Below are positions 1 through 14,599 of a DNA stretch of 64,000 nt, piece by piece. The position numbers and the translations under genes are program-made. A model generated the notes under the pieces. That model did not search any database, was not told the DNA's origin, and saw nothing but the letters and a program-made list of their open reading frames with translations. The DNA is taken from NCBI RefSeq assembly GCF_009914755.1, contig NC_060944.1. One strand, 5' to 3'. The stretch's first letter is position 1. Each line of letters opens with the position of its first letter. Source of the DNA: the human T2T-CHM13v2.0 reference genome, Homo sapiens.

Positions 1-147
1 AAGTGTTCTCAGCACGTTTGAAGTAAGCTAGGCTAAGCTGAGATGTTCAGTAAGTTATGCATTTTAAATGCATTTTTGACTTACACTATTTTCAACTTAC
101 AATGGGTTTGTTGAGAAGTAAGCCCATCATAAGTGAAGGAACATCTG
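1..147 (-). mobile_element. Tigger-type MITE (MER47A-like), truncated by window start
   Basis: Reverse complement of CAGATGCTCCTCGACTTACGATGGGG...AAACCCATCGTAAGTTGAAAAT terminus; followed by TA target dinucleotide at 148-149. Confidence 0.7.
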
Positions 148-1639
148 TACCTCCTTTTCCCATTAGGGGCAGAAGCAATTACTACCCAGATCACTCTCGC
201 ACATCCAGGCACAAAATTGCCTTGGAATTACTTTTCAATTTTAAGAGACCCTGGAGCACCTAGCCCAGGAGCTGTCACTCTCTGCAATTAAGGGGAAAAA
301 AAAAAAAAAGAAAACCTTAAATGATGCACTGTTTGCCCTGTTGGGGGAAGAAAGAAGCAAATAGGGCTTAATCAATCCCCACCTCAGGATTAGACCTCAG
401 CAGCTTTGAGGCTTGGACCTACTGAGTGATTCTAGGTCTGGAAAATTTACCTCTGAGTCTCCCAGGCTTGCAGCATCACTTGGGAGGGCACTGCAGCTGT
501 TTTTCCCCAGTTAGTTGCCAGAGTGTCCAAAACAGTCATGGAGGGGTGGGGAAGGTGTTGCAACTGGAGGGGTGGCAAGGTGTTGCATAACGACTCCCAA
601 GAGAGTGGCAAAGGCCATCTTTTCTCATCCTAGGCATCCTAGGAGCCTGTGCATCTAGTTCTGTGGCAGTATTCTGTGCCATCTCATGCTCTGTGTAACT
701 GGCTTCCCTTCCTGAAATTTAAATCTGGAGCAAAGGGACAAGGAAACCACAAAAATATTGGGGGGAAGGAGGGTCTATCCCATCCCACACTGTTCCTGCT
801 TCCTACCGTTAGAAGCTGCCTCAATTCGGACACCTCGTTTTCCAGCCCCTGCCCATTTGGAAGGCTCTGACAGCATCCATTTTGTAAGAGTTCACTAGAA
901 TTGGTTTCTGAACCTTTTAATCTGGTCCTTGGGGAAAGCAGAACCATATTCTCTGAATTCTCCTCTGTGTTTCCCTATGTGTTGATGAAATAAACATCCA
1001 GCAAAGAGGTTGACTTCTTGGACACATTTGCCCCAGATGATATGGGACTGAACTACTTAACTACTTCCCCTTTCCCTCTGCAGCACATACGCACCAATGT
1101 ACCAGGTGGAGAATAACTACTCTCTGTCCCAGGCCCCCAGGGGCAGGACAGAAATTGCTGATATAGCTGCAACCTCAGTGATCTTGCCTGCCTTATGAAT
1201 TTCACTCCTACTATCAATTGTTTAAATAGTGAGCAAGAAAAATGACTCTCGAAGTAAAACAATTTGGCAAAAGCAACTCATGGTCTTTAGCTATCTCCGA
1301 AGAAGCAGAGTCAACCCCTGCACCACTGAGATGCATCACAGTAGGGGTTCCCGGAGGACGCAAAATGCAACTCTTATCTACAATTTGGGACCCTTATTTC
1401 TGCCTGAAGTTCTTTCTATTCATCTCAAGGAGCATCACAACATTCATGTAACTGTGATTAATCAAGTATATGTGGAAGTAAATCTACCCAGCTCCCCAGC
1501 TCTGTGTTTCTCTTGCCCTGAGAGAGAGCCTACCATCTTCCTCAATGAACTCAGAGTATAGTCCATCATCCAACAGACAGCCTTCCACTAAGGATACCCA
1601 GGGGTTCCCAAGGCATTCTGTACAACACTTCTCTCTAGT

Positions 1640-2050
1640 GGTCAGAGTAGGCTAACTGATATGATAGACAACACCCAAAGTCTCAGTGGCATAACACAAG
1701 GAAGTTTGTTTCTCATATCACAGTACAACACAGGTCGGTTGGGGAAGTGGACATTTCTACTCCATACAGTCATTCAGGGACCCAAGCCCTTTCCATCTTG
1801 TGGTTCCACCCTCCCCTAAATACTTGAAGTTCTCTCCATTTTGACATCAGATGATGAAAGAGATAGAATGTTGAGAATTGCATGGGTGATTTTTATGGTC
1901 CACATTGGGAATTGGTCTAATTGCTTCTGCCCACATTTCACAGGTCAGAACTCAGTCACACAATCTCATCTCATTGCAAACAAGTCTGGGAAATGTAGTC
2001 TAGCTGCATGCCCATGAGGAAAAGGAATGGGGCTTGGTAAATAAAGGAAT
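1640..2050 (-). mobile_element. Old MaLR LTR (MLT1J/K-like)
   Basis: tctcagtggcataacacaag...ggtcagaactcagtcaca...ctgggaaatgtagtctagctg motifs. Confidence 0.55.
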
Positions 2051-2789
2051 GCCACTGACCCCTAGCAGTGTGTGGTGGTGGTGGTGTCGGGTCCTGTCTC
2101 CTCTGGGATGTGAGCTCTTCAAAAGCAGAAATTGATTTTATTTTTGACTCTCTGACTGATGAACACCAGTCTATGAACCCAGGCTGAACGGTCCAGAAGG
2201 TATCATCTCAGAGGTGGAGCTGAAGTCACAGCTGACCACACTGCCCAACTAGCTGCCAGGCACCTGGCACACACAGGCAGATTTTGACAAAGGCCATCAG
2301 CTGGGAGCCTGACAACCACAGCAGACCCAGAGAGTTTCAGGCACAGAGGCAGGGAGAACCTAGAAGAACCCTAAGCCAAGAAAATAGCTTTCTCCCAGAG
2401 CACAGAGATTTCTGGGAAGGGCACCAACCCAGCTTGGACTTAGGGTTTATAAAGGACTGCCTCACTCATCAATGTGTTAATTCTCATCACAAAAGAGATC
2501 AGGCCTTAACATACCTATTTTACAGATGTGGGAATAGAGGAGCTTTCCCCAAGTCTAACAGCACTAGAACCGAAGTCTCCTAGCTAAGGAACTGCATGAA
2601 CCTACCAGACTATTCTCTATGCTGATCACCCATGAGCATTCAAGGAAACATCCCTTAGGGACCTTTGGGAACCTGAGAAGCCCATACCTCCTCTGGAAGT
2701 ATTCCGTGCTGTCTCTCGCTCTGTGTAACCAGGTGACCACGTACGCCTGGCAATGAGTTACATCACCCAGATGTGTTTTGAGGAATCTG

Positions 2790-3132
2790 TTTGTTTTCAA
2801 AATTGACTTAAATAAGGAATGTTTAAACATGTTTCTTGTTTTTAATGCAGGTCCTTATTTTAAGTCATGTTTAAAAATCAAAAAATTTCACATAAAAATA
2901 TAAAGCTGTGGGCTTTTCTTTTAAAAAAAAAAAATCTCAGGAGGCCCAGCTACCCTGAGTCTGATTCCCACAAGGCGACGCTCACCCAGAGCTGAGTAGG
3001 CGCTGTTCCCAGAGACAAGATATGTGTCCTCCAGGTCCCCACAACCCCCACCTTCCTATTTTTCTTTTTGGTCCATGTTATTCATTTAAATCACTCTCTG
3101 GCCTTTCTGAGCATTTGAGTTTGTAATCCCTG
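2790..3132 (-). mobile_element. hAT-Charlie MER102-like
   Basis: gagctgagtagg...gcatttgagtttgtaatccctg terminus. Confidence 0.55.
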
Positions 3133-3164
3133 TCCTATTTATGCTCAAGTCCTTGATCATTTAT

Positions 3165-3345
3165 CCCCTCAATCATTCATCTATACACTCAACAGTTGTT
3201 TGCTGAGTGGTTGTTCTGGGCCAGGTTTGTGCTGGACAGCAATGATGAAAATAAGACATGACCCTGCCCTCAGAGAGCTCACAGTCTAAAGAGAAACACA
3301 AATGAAGAAACACATCCTTGTAAATGTATTAAGCGCTGTGAAACT
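3165..3345 (-). mobile_element. L2 3' fragment
   Basis: tcattcat...caacag...ctgagtg...gccaggtttgtgctgg...ccctgccctcagagagctcacagtcta. Confidence 0.6.
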
Positions 3346-3379
3346 CATATTTTTAAAAGTTCGTACAGATACCATTGGT

Positions 3380-3787
3380 GCCTGACCCACATCGCCTGGG
3401 CACTCAACATTCCCGCGCAAGGAGATAGTTTCCTACTATGAGCACCTGCCACTCTCCCCTGAGTGTCTCCTGCATGCAGGCTAGAAGCATTGGAGAGTGA
3501 ATGTCCCCAGAAACAGCTCTCAACCAATGACTAACCAGAGTTGGTGGATAAATACCCCAGCTCACCCCTCAAGGAGGAAAATCATGATGTGTGTTTTATG
3601 ATGTCCACCAGAAGTTCCCCAGTTGCCAATATCGGTAAGCTTCTCGGTAAAGTACTCTATACTTTCCCTTCCCCATCCCACTTCCCCTCTCTCCTACTGT
3701 CCCTCTCTCCAATAACCTCCCCAGTCAACCACTTGCATTCCCACCCTTGTCTTAAGGTCTGCTTGTAGGGATGCCCAATCTGAGACA
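3380..3787 (+). mobile_element. ERVL LTR16-type LTR
   Basis: cagctctcaaccaatgac...ggataaataccccagctc...ccttgtcttaaggtctgctt...aatctgagaca end. Confidence 0.6.
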
Positions 3788-4669
3788 CGCACCAGTAACC
3801 ACCTGGGAAGCGCAACTCTTTTAAGTTCGTTTAACTGAAATGGAAATGTACTGCCAATTAGCCTGGAATGGGTCAGGGAAGAAATCTAAACAATTCACTA
3901 GCTTTCCTTTAAAAAGTAATCATAACAATAATCAGGCTAATGAATGCTGCCTGAGCAATGGCAGGGACTATGTGCTTTAGCACCTGGGGCTGCTGATTGC
4001 CGTCTCTTTGGGGACTTGCTGCACATTAAATCAGATTAATCAGCCCCTTTGCAGAGAGGCCAGGCCCACAGCCATGATGACCTTCCTTTCAATGAACTCC
4101 TGTGATGCTGCTTTTAGAAAGAAGGCAGGCCTGAAAAAATCATGGAGTAGATCAGAACTCAGGAAAAACTGATGTTATTTCATCAGTTCCTCTCAACATG
4201 CCTTGGAGGGAGACAATATCAGCTTCACTCTCAGGGGATGGGGGTGGCAACAGGGACTTGGAAGAGTCAGGTGATTTATCTGAGTTCACATGGTCCAAAT
4301 CCACCAGACTCTACGCCCACACAACTGCCCTGTCACCAGGCTGTATGTGTCTGTGTTTTCCTGTGTCTGAAGACTGGGATGAGGAGGGAAGGAAAGAGCA
4401 CTAAGACCTAACCTTGGGTCTTAGAGCAGGGGCCACAGTGCTGGGAATGGCCATTAGCCTGTAGGTTGCTGTTTCCCTCTGGTCCAGAAGGTGACCAGAG
4501 AAGAACAAAGGCAAAGTAGGCAGTGACACAGCAGGAAGAGAATCTGGAGCAGAAGAAACAAAGAGGATACCTTTTTCTTTTGTGGGAAGATCATGAGCAA
4601 GGGTTCAAGGCAGCTCAGAAATGTCTGGGGGTGCTTTATGAGGGATTAACTCTTTAAAGAAACTGATGA

Positions 4670-4950
<281 letters not shown>

Positions 4951-4955
<5 letters not shown>

Positions 4956-5010
4956 AGAAACAAAGAAAAGAAAAGGAAAGAAAGAAGGAAAGAAGGAAGG
5001 AAAGAAAAAG

Positions 5011-5069
<59 letters not shown>

Positions 5070-5092
5070 AAAGAAAGAAAGAAAGAAAGAAA

Positions 5093-5124
<32 letters not shown>

Positions 5125-5130
5125 AAAAAT
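4951..5130. repeat. (GAAA)n/(GGAA)n microsatellite derived from Alu A-tail
   Basis: ~180 bp tetranucleotide tract between Alu body and its 3' TSD. Confidence 0.95.
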
Positions 5131-6253
5131 GAAACTGATGAAAGTTCATGTGCTAACATTTGGATATACATAGAAAATGAAATATCTTTGGGTAATAATC
5201 TCATTATGTTGTCACAGGCAGATGAGGCCAAAAATATAGGGTTCTGCTTTCTTGAGCGTATGTAAAGACTAGGCAGCAACGTACATAAAGGGCCAGCACC
5301 AGGCCTGGTACTTCAGTTTGGCTCCATGAAAGTTTGTTCACTCCTTCTCACCCCTTTCCCAATTCTAGCAAATTGGAAGCTCCCCAGCCTGATTTTTCAG
5401 TGCTAATGTCTGCCTTCCAGAATCCCAGACTGCCTGCTTCTATCAAGAAGCCATAGCAATATTTCCAACCCATCAACACTTAAATATGAGGCCAATTTGC
5501 CCAATACACTGTCTATTTATTTTCCAGGCTACAATCTTTATGATGCATATTCCTGAGGCAGTTAATTTGCTCTTGAATACATCTCTTTGTGTATTGGTTA
5601 CCCATTTCATTAGCTGTGATATTGAGACTGGCTGGGACATGTAGGGGATTTTTCACAGAGTGAAAGAAGGTTTTTAATAAGCCCCATCATTGCTGGCTTT
5701 ATGGTGCCATTTGATGAGCAACAAATGTATTCATTTGGCAGCTGCATTCCTTAATCAGGTATTCACTGAGTAACAGCATATATAAATATGGAAAAACACA
5801 GAATTTAAGGAGCTGAGTGCAATCATTTTCCACAGGGATTGGAGCATTGTCTGTATTCATCATCAGTTTTCAGGCAAGGGCCTCTCCTTGCTGTATATGG
5901 GATTCTCTACAGCATGCAGTACCCAGATATGACTCACTACCATCTATCAGGAGCACCTCTTCTCCACCTGAGATGCTGTCCTCTCTTCCACATCAAACAA
6001 GTCCCCAGCATCTTGACTTCTTTGGCCAATGGTACTAAACCTTTCCTGTGGCTCCCATCTCTTTTGCCCTTAAAATGTCCCCCAGAAAAAAATTACTAAA
6101 CCAGGTTAGCTCTTAAACATAAAATGTATCCTAATGATTAGAGCAAGAAATACACTTTCAGTTTCTTAATTTCTCAAATTATTAAAAATTAAAAATACAC
6201 AACTCTTTCAAAGTTTGCTGACTCAGTCTCCAACTTATGTTCAGTCACACTTA

Positions 6254-6576
<323 letters not shown>

Positions 6577-7098
6577 GGAGTCGCTTTAATAAATAGTCAA
6601 ATTAGTGTCACTACTTGCATTTAAGTGGCTTCCAAATTTAGATATAATGTTTAAAATGTCAAAAAGATTTTATCACAAAGTACCTTATGGTTGCAAATGG
6701 TACAATGATTCACCAGTTATGGAACAGAGTTGAGCAGATCAGGAAATCAGTCTTCCGCTTGGGTTCAACAATTGCCTTGTCATTTAAGGAGATTCATAAA
6801 CCAAGTGAAAAGGAAATGGATTAGAAAACCACATTTTTCTGGTTTTAAAATGAATAAGCAAATCTATTTCTTTTTCTTCTCTGAAACTTACTAGAAACAT
6901 GGAAAAGGGGGAACAATAGCAGATATTTCATTCTTGTTAAATTAGGAAGCACATTAACTTATTTGTTTTGTAAAAAGAGAGCTGTAGTTATAAATAGTAC
7001 TAACAGTAATGTAATAATAGCCCCCAAACCCCATCCTCAGCATATGGAAGTTGGTCAAACACAGTCAACAATTGGACCAGGGAAGAAAAGACACCTGC

Positions 7099-7605
7099 TG
7101 ATGAAGGGCAGGTGAGCCCCAAACTTGGGGATTAGCTTGAGAAGATCCTTGGCTTTACCCAGTAAAGAATTCAAGGGTGAGCTGGTGATGTTTACAGCAA
7201 CCTTTTATTGAACAGTACTGCTCCCTATAGAGGAGGGCTAACTCTAGGCAGTGCTCCCAGAGTTGGCAATGTATGGGCTCTTTACAACTGTATTTATACT
7301 CACTTATTCCTACTTTCAGTTATACGCAAATTGAGGGGTGGGTTATTTAGAACTTTCTAGGAAAGGGCAGTAACTTCTGAGTCACTGCCATGGAAAGGGG
7401 TGGTAACTACTAAGTTGTTGCCATGGCATTTGTAAACTGTGATGATCCTGTCGCATACTAATGAGCAACGGTGGTGGCCAGGGATTGCCCTCCTCATCAT
7501 CTGCTGGTTTCTGCCAGTTTCTTCACTTTATCCTGTCCAAAGCAGATCCTGTTTTGGTCAGCAGGGTTATGACCAGAAAAGAAGTCCAGCCAGTCTCCTA
7601 CTTCA
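7099..7605 (-). mobile_element. ERV1 solo LTR (MER31/MER67-like, MER4 group)
   Basis: TG...CA termini, 4-bp TSD ctgc (7095-7098/7606-7609), aagaattcaagggtgagctggtg and ttgccatgg motifs. Confidence 0.75.
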
Positions 7606-7882
7606 CTGCCACAGCCAATCTCAGGCAGATCTAGCAGAACACAGCACTCTCCAAAATGGGATGCACACCTTGGGGGAAAACCAGTGACCTCCTGTTTGAA
7701 CTAGTAAGATTGCAATGAGCAGAATGTCTTTGAAGAGTTTCCTAAAGCCCGATCAACACCAGGAAAGGGCAGAACAAGCAGGTCTGAATAAGGAAATAAG
7801 CAGACAATTTCACAAGAACCAGGAGAAAGAAATTCTAGGTAATAAACAATCCTATCATTTCTGAAGGGAAGTAAAAGCTAAG

Positions 7883-7885
<3 letters not shown>

Positions 7886-7926
<41 letters not shown>
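7886..7926. repeat. (CA)n microsatellite
   Basis: Direct reading. Confidence 0.95.
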
Positions 7927-7928
<2 letters not shown>

Positions 7929-8099
7929 ATGTTCCAACATCCAACCCTATCTCATTTGGGATTACACTGTGGGCCAGAAAGAGATCTTTCTAGCCTGCCT
8001 CATGGCATACCTCTGACTCCTGCTCCATACAGCTTTTCCACAAATAGCTTCTAATCTAAACTGCTCTCAGTAATTATCACAACGGAAATTGCAACAATA

Positions 8100-9000
8100 T
8101 ATGAAAACACTGAGAGAAACAAGAGGGAAAGGAATATACAATAATAAGTTGAAGAATGCATACTAAAAAATGTGTAACACCAAGCAGATAAAAATAGTAA
8201 CCAAATAGTTTCCTGTGGACTCAGGGAACATAGAGAAAAAAGGTATCTCCATGAATCAAGAACTTAAAGCAGAAAGACAAGGGCTCATGGAAAAAGTAAT
8301 AAGACTACAGGCAGAGATGAAAAAATAACTCCAGAGCTTTGGAAGATGAAAAAACAATTGCAGAAATTAAAGTTGTTTTGGGAGAAAGAAAAGAAAGAGA
8401 TATACTGAAAACACAGTCAGTGAATTGCCAACCTTGAGAAAATTGAGCAAAATGAAAAGTAAATAAAGAATTTAAAGATATCAGAGATAAAATGATGGAT
8501 ATGGAAGAGAGACAAAGGAGATTCAACAAAGACATAATTGGTGTCCCTGAAAAAGATAAAATAGAATTTAAAATTTTTCAAAGATACTATTTAAGAAAAC
8601 TTTTCTGAATGACAAAAAGCTTAAATCTATAGCTTAGAAGAACATACTATGTCCCAGGAAGAAAATAAAACAGATGAATCTATACTGAGGCATAAATTAA
8701 TAAGGTTACTGGACTAAAAATTTTTAGGAAAAAAGTTTCAATAGACATACAGAAAAGAAACTTTTTAAATACCAAGTAATCTGTAGGTTCAAAACATTTA
8801 GTTTAGCCTCTGACTTTTCCATAACAATGTTTAAAACTAGAACACAGTAGGCAATATCTACAAAGTCTTCAGGAAAAGAAAAGCTGATCAAAGATTTATA
8901 ACCTAGCAAAATGTCAGTTAAATTTAACATGCAAGGGAATACCATTCCCATTAGCACTTCTTGAAGAAATTACCAGAGGAGAATTTTAAATTTTCCAAGA
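8100..9000 (+). mobile_element. Degenerate L1 ORF1 remnant (L1M/HAL1-like)
   Basis: Translates in pieces to ORF1-like RDKMMDMEERQRRFNKDIIGVPEK and ..LASDFS.. motifs; A-rich; disrupted by stops. Confidence 0.6.
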
Positions 9001-9319
9001 GTTGAATGAAAAAGTTATGTTAATAGAACTTATGGTGAGCCCTGAAAATGCTTAAGTGTAGAACAAAGGCTAAAGAACCATGGAGAGATACAGAACAAAA
9101 CAGAAATGCTATAGGGCATAACAGCATAAAAATGATAATATAATAAAAGTCAGGAGGGAAAGAGGGAAAGAAGGCAGGTATAAGCACACTGAATACCTAG
9201 TTTTTCTTAATGGGGACGGCAGGGCTCACAATATATTGTTCAAAGCTAATAAATCAATTAATTGAAGAATAATTGTATTAAAAGTTCTAAGAGAATTAAT
9301 AATAAAAATATTATTGATA

Positions 9320-9634
<315 letters not shown>

Positions 9635-9739
9635 TTATAGATGAAGGAAGAGAGGTGACAGAAGGTACATAATAAGTGTTCAATAAAGGTTATGCTGTTT
9701 CTTCATTGTTCACACTGGGGTGTAAATACATACCATCTA

Positions 9740-10070
9740 GGACAGAGATACTAGTTTCCCTCCAATATTCATTATCTCCTCCTTTTAAGTAGTAGAATCC
9801 CAACTTTCCCAGAAAAAGGACTGCATTTCCCAGGCTCCCTTGCAACTGGGAATGGTCATGTGACCAAGTTCTGGCCAACGAGATATGAGCCAACTAAATG
9901 TGTGCATCATCTGGGAAAGCCCTTCTCTTCCTCTTTTTCCACTGATATGTAGTGAGGCCACTTGGATCACCCAGATGAAAACAATATCCTGAAGACGGCA
10001 GAGCACCAAGATAGAAAGAATTGCCCTACCACTTTGACTTTCACATAAGAGCAAAATCACTGTCTTATAT
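9740..10070 (+). mobile_element. MLT1 (I/J-like) LTR fragment
   Basis: gactgcatttcccaggctcccttgcaact...catgtgaccaagttctggccaa. Confidence 0.6.
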
Positions 10071-10072
10071 AG

Positions 10073-10905
10073 CAGCAGTCCCCAACCTTTTTGGCACCAG
10101 GGACTGGTTTCATGGGAAAAAATGTTTCCATGGATGCAGGGTTGGGGGTATTGTTTTGGGGAGATTCAAGCACATTACATGTATTGTGCACTTTCTTTTT
10201 TTCTTTTCTTTTTTTTTTTTTTTGAGACAGTCTCGCACTGTCACCCAGGCTGCAGTGCAGTGGCACAATCTTAGCTCACTGCAACCTCCGTCTCCCAAGT
10301 TCAAAGATTCTCATGCCTCAGCCACCCAGGTAGCTGGGATTATAGGCACACACCACCACGCCTGGAGAATTTTTTTATTTTTAGTAGAGATGCGGTGGGT
10401 TTCACCATGTCGGCCAGGGTGGTCTGGAACTCCTGGCCTCAAGAGATCCATCAACCTCAGCCTCCCTAAATGCTGGAATTACAGGCATAAGCCACCATGT
10501 CCAGGCAATTTCTATGATTATTACACTGTAATATATAATGATATAATTACATAAGTCACCATAATGTAGAATCAGTGGGAGCCTGGAGCTTGTTTTCCTG
10601 CAACTAGACAGTCCCATCTGGGGGTGACGGGAGACAGTGACAGATCATCAGGCATTAGATTCTCATAAGGAGCATACAACCTAGATCTCTCACATGCGCA
10701 GTTCACAATAGGGCTCACGCTCCTATGAGAACCTAATGCTGCCACTGATCTGACAGGAGGTGGAGCTCAGGTGGTAATGTGAGCAATGGAGAGTGGCTGT
10801 AAATACAGAGGAAGCCTCGCATGCTCACCTACTGCTCACCTCCTGCTGTGCAGCCCAGTTCCTAACAGGCTATGGGTACCCTGGGGGTCCAGGGTTGAGA
10901 CCCTG
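10073..10905 (+). mobile_element. MER1A (hAT-Charlie), interrupted by Alu
   Basis: cagcagtccccaacctttttggcaccagggac start, internal ggcattagattctcataaggagc/gctcctatgagaacctaatgc inverted repeat, gttgagaccctg end. Confidence 0.9.
10192..10506 (-). mobile_element. Alu (old AluS/J) inside MER1A
   Basis: Poly-T followed by antisense Alu dimer. Confidence 0.93.
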
Positions 10906-11009
10906 TATTACATGAGACATATATTTTGAGTCTCCATCACATGCCAATGAACCTACAGTATAACTTAACTAAATTCCGTCTTAAAAAGAATAATGCATTA
11001 CATACTTAA

Positions 11010-11375
11010 AATCAAATATTATTTAGCCATAAAAAAATGAAATTCTGATACGTGCATGGATGAATCTTTAAAACATTATGCTAAGTAAAATAAGTCAGAT
11101 GCAAAAGGACAAACATTGTATGATTCCTTTCATATGAGGCAGCTAGAATAGGCAAATTTGGAGACAGGAAGTAGAATGGTGGTTGCCAGGCTGGTGGGAG
11201 GGGGAGCTATTGTTTAATGGGTACAGAGTTTCCATTTAAGATGATGAAAAGATTCTGGAAATAATGGCGATGGTTAAACAACATTGTAAATATACTTAAT
11301 GCCACTGAATTGTACTCTTAAAAATAGTTAACATGATAAATTTTATGTCATGTATATTTTACCACAATAAAAAAG
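11010..11375 (+). mobile_element. L1MB-type 3' end
   Basis: catggatgaatctt..aaacattatgctaagt..aatgggtacagagtttc..ttttaccacaataaaaaa. Confidence 0.8.
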
Positions 11376-11489
11376 TCAGAGAAAAAATAAAACAGGAAAG
11401 AATAGTCAGGAAAATTCTTTTTAAGGAAAGTCACAGGGAAAAACAGCTATGCTATCTAATACGGTCTCAAGGATCCTGCCCCTGTGGCG

Positions 11490-11682
11490 CTGCCCTGTCC
11501 CATACAGAACCTCTAGTCATTATGTGGCTATTTACATTTAAATTTAAATCAATTAAAATTAAATGAAATTTAAAGTTCAGTTTCATAATCACACTGTCCT
11601 CATTTCAAGTGCTCAATAGTCACACTGGACAGCAGATATAGAACATTTCCATCATTACATAAAGTTCTGTCAAACGGCACTT
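11490..11682 (-). mobile_element. MER3 (hAT-Charlie)
   Basis: atgtggctatttacatttaaattt...catttcaagtgctcaatag...gaacatttccatcat...aaagttct. Confidence 0.8.
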
Positions 11683-11689
11683 GTCTAGA

Positions 11690-12620
<931 letters not shown>

Positions 12621-12801
12621 TACTCCAGGTCACCACCCCCAAACAGCTTCCATAGTAAGTAAGGAGGGGGGTACTTTAAGGCACCAAAGATGTAATTGAA
12701 CCCCTAAAAACTCCAGTCAGGCCTGCGATGTGTCCCTCCTCTACTCACTGCTGAGCAAACAGTGAAATCCGTTAGACCGACCACAAACGAGGTTGAAGGC
12801 C

Positions 12802-12804
<3 letters not shown>

Positions 12805-12851
<47 letters not shown>
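12805..12851. repeat. (TG)n microsatellite
   Basis: Direct reading. Confidence 0.95.
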
Positions 12852-12854
<3 letters not shown>

Positions 12855-14075
12855 GGCTTCCACTGATAGAGAAAGTGTAACCCACCCAGCTAGACTGTCA
12901 GGGCAGGAATCATGCCTGCTTGCTGCTGTATCCCCGGTTCCTAGAGCCATGCCTGGAACACCTGGATCCTCAGTGCACGTTAAAGAAAGGATTAGTCAAT
13001 CAAGGGCCTTGTTCTCTGCCCACTTACTTCTAAGCTGTAAGTGAAAATTCTCAGATGCACCAGCAGACCAGGAGATCTCCCCGACTTCTCAGGCCCACAG
13101 TGATCTTTCTGAGACAATATCGCCACTCTCCAAGCCCCAAGGGGAGAAGATGGGCAAAGAAAGGAGAATGGCGAGGATAAAACAGCAGATGGAGGAACCC
13201 TATTCCAGCTGCTGGCAGCAATGAACAAGGAAAACCAATCTCAGTTTGGAAAGGGGAACGTTTGTAGGGACTTGGCCAGGATTATAATGAAAGGAGGAAA
13301 TTCTTCAAATGTTATGAAAATAACACAATATTTTTCTCATATCTGGAACTGCCTGAACCTTTCTTACGATAGTCACAACATCAAAACAAGCCCTGGATCT
13401 ATAAGAGGCAGGATAGGATCTCTAATCTGTAGAGAGCTGGGAGGCCCAAGGCCATGGCCAAAGGGACACAATGAACTCAGGTGTCAATGGTCTTATCCAG
13501 AAGGCAGTGTACGTGGGCCAGAGCCCAGGTAACAGGAGATAAGATGGCAGGTGAGTAGCAGCTCTGGGAGTCTAGGTATGTGGTCCTTGCTCAAAGGAGT
13601 AGATGGGTAGGAATCAGGAGATACCCATGCAGAGTGACAGACCAATAGCCAACAGCCCATCTCCTCCAAGGAGACCTCCCTGACGTCCTCTGCATAGTAA
13701 AGATGGAGGTACTTTTAGGCACAAAAGCTGCAACTGAACCCCTAAAAATTCCAGTCTAGGGCCCCTGGACTGGTGAAAAGTGACACTTCTCTGATAAATT
13801 TTTGCAGCTCTCAGGGAATTAGCTGGCAGTGCTTGAGGGCAGCCAGAGAGCTGGTAGGAGAGCTGGTAGCAAGTGTCCCTCCCCAGACTCCCACATCCCC
13901 TACAGTTAGCTCTACAGTGGCCCTCCCAGCCATCTCAAACACCGAGAGCTTCTAATTGGCAGGAACCACATCTCATAGGATGCACAAAGTGGAATGGAAA
14001 GGGAAGTGTCTGCCATTCAGGTAGGTTGTTTGGGGAGGAAAAAAGTGACTCTGCGATCAAAAGAGAGAGCCTGGA

Positions 14076-14247
14076 GTCTTGCTACTCAAAGATTTGCTAT
14101 TTCATAGACCAGAAGCATCAGCATCACCTGGAGCCACGTTACAAAGGCAGCATCTCAGGCTCCACCCAGACCTTCTGCATCAGAGTCTACATGTTAACAA
14201 GCTCCCCAGGTGATTTGCATGTTCATTATAATTTGAGAAGCAACAGG
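14076..14247 (+). mobile_element. MER5A1
   Basis: gctactcaaag...gaccagaagcatcagcatcacctgg...ttaacaagctccccaggtgatt...tttgagaagca. Confidence 0.8.
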
Positions 14248-14429
14248 CTAGAGAGCTGAACTTAGGTCTTTGGGACTCCAAACTCATACATCTTTGAACA
14301 CCCGCATTTCCATGGTGCTTTGAAAATCATACAGCATGCTGGCATGTTTTCTCTTTATGCTTCCCCAGCCTGAATAGACTTGAGCAAGGGAGGAAGACAA
14401 ACAGGAAAAGAATATTGTGAAAGAAACTA

Positions 14430-14597
14430 GAACTCATTAATAGAGTGCCTACTCCAAGCCAATCACAATGCTGGAAGCTGTCCCGTGCATTCTCTTATGA
14501 AGTCATGAAAGCAAGTGCTGAAGTCAGGAGAATAATAGGCACCATTTTCCAGATGGAGAGAGGCTGAGAATGGTTGAGTAACTTTACCAAGTTGGTG
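14430..14597 (-). mobile_element. MIR
   Basis: ccattttccagatggagagaggctgaga..ggttgagtaactttaccaag core. Confidence 0.6.
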
Positions 14598-14599
14598 CA

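Noticed and set aside
540-588. Short tandem duplications (also 13845-13870, 39299-39324)
   Set aside because: Ordinary slippage-size duplications expected at background frequency
10021-10554. Longest ORF (177 aa) and other Alu-overlapping ORFs
   Set aside because: Read through MER1A and antisense Alu; typical Alu-derived peptide text with no gene context
10650-10742. Long inverted repeat (ggcattagattctcataaggagc / gctcctatgagaacctaatgc)
   Set aside because: Intrinsic feature of the MER1 consensus, not locus-specific
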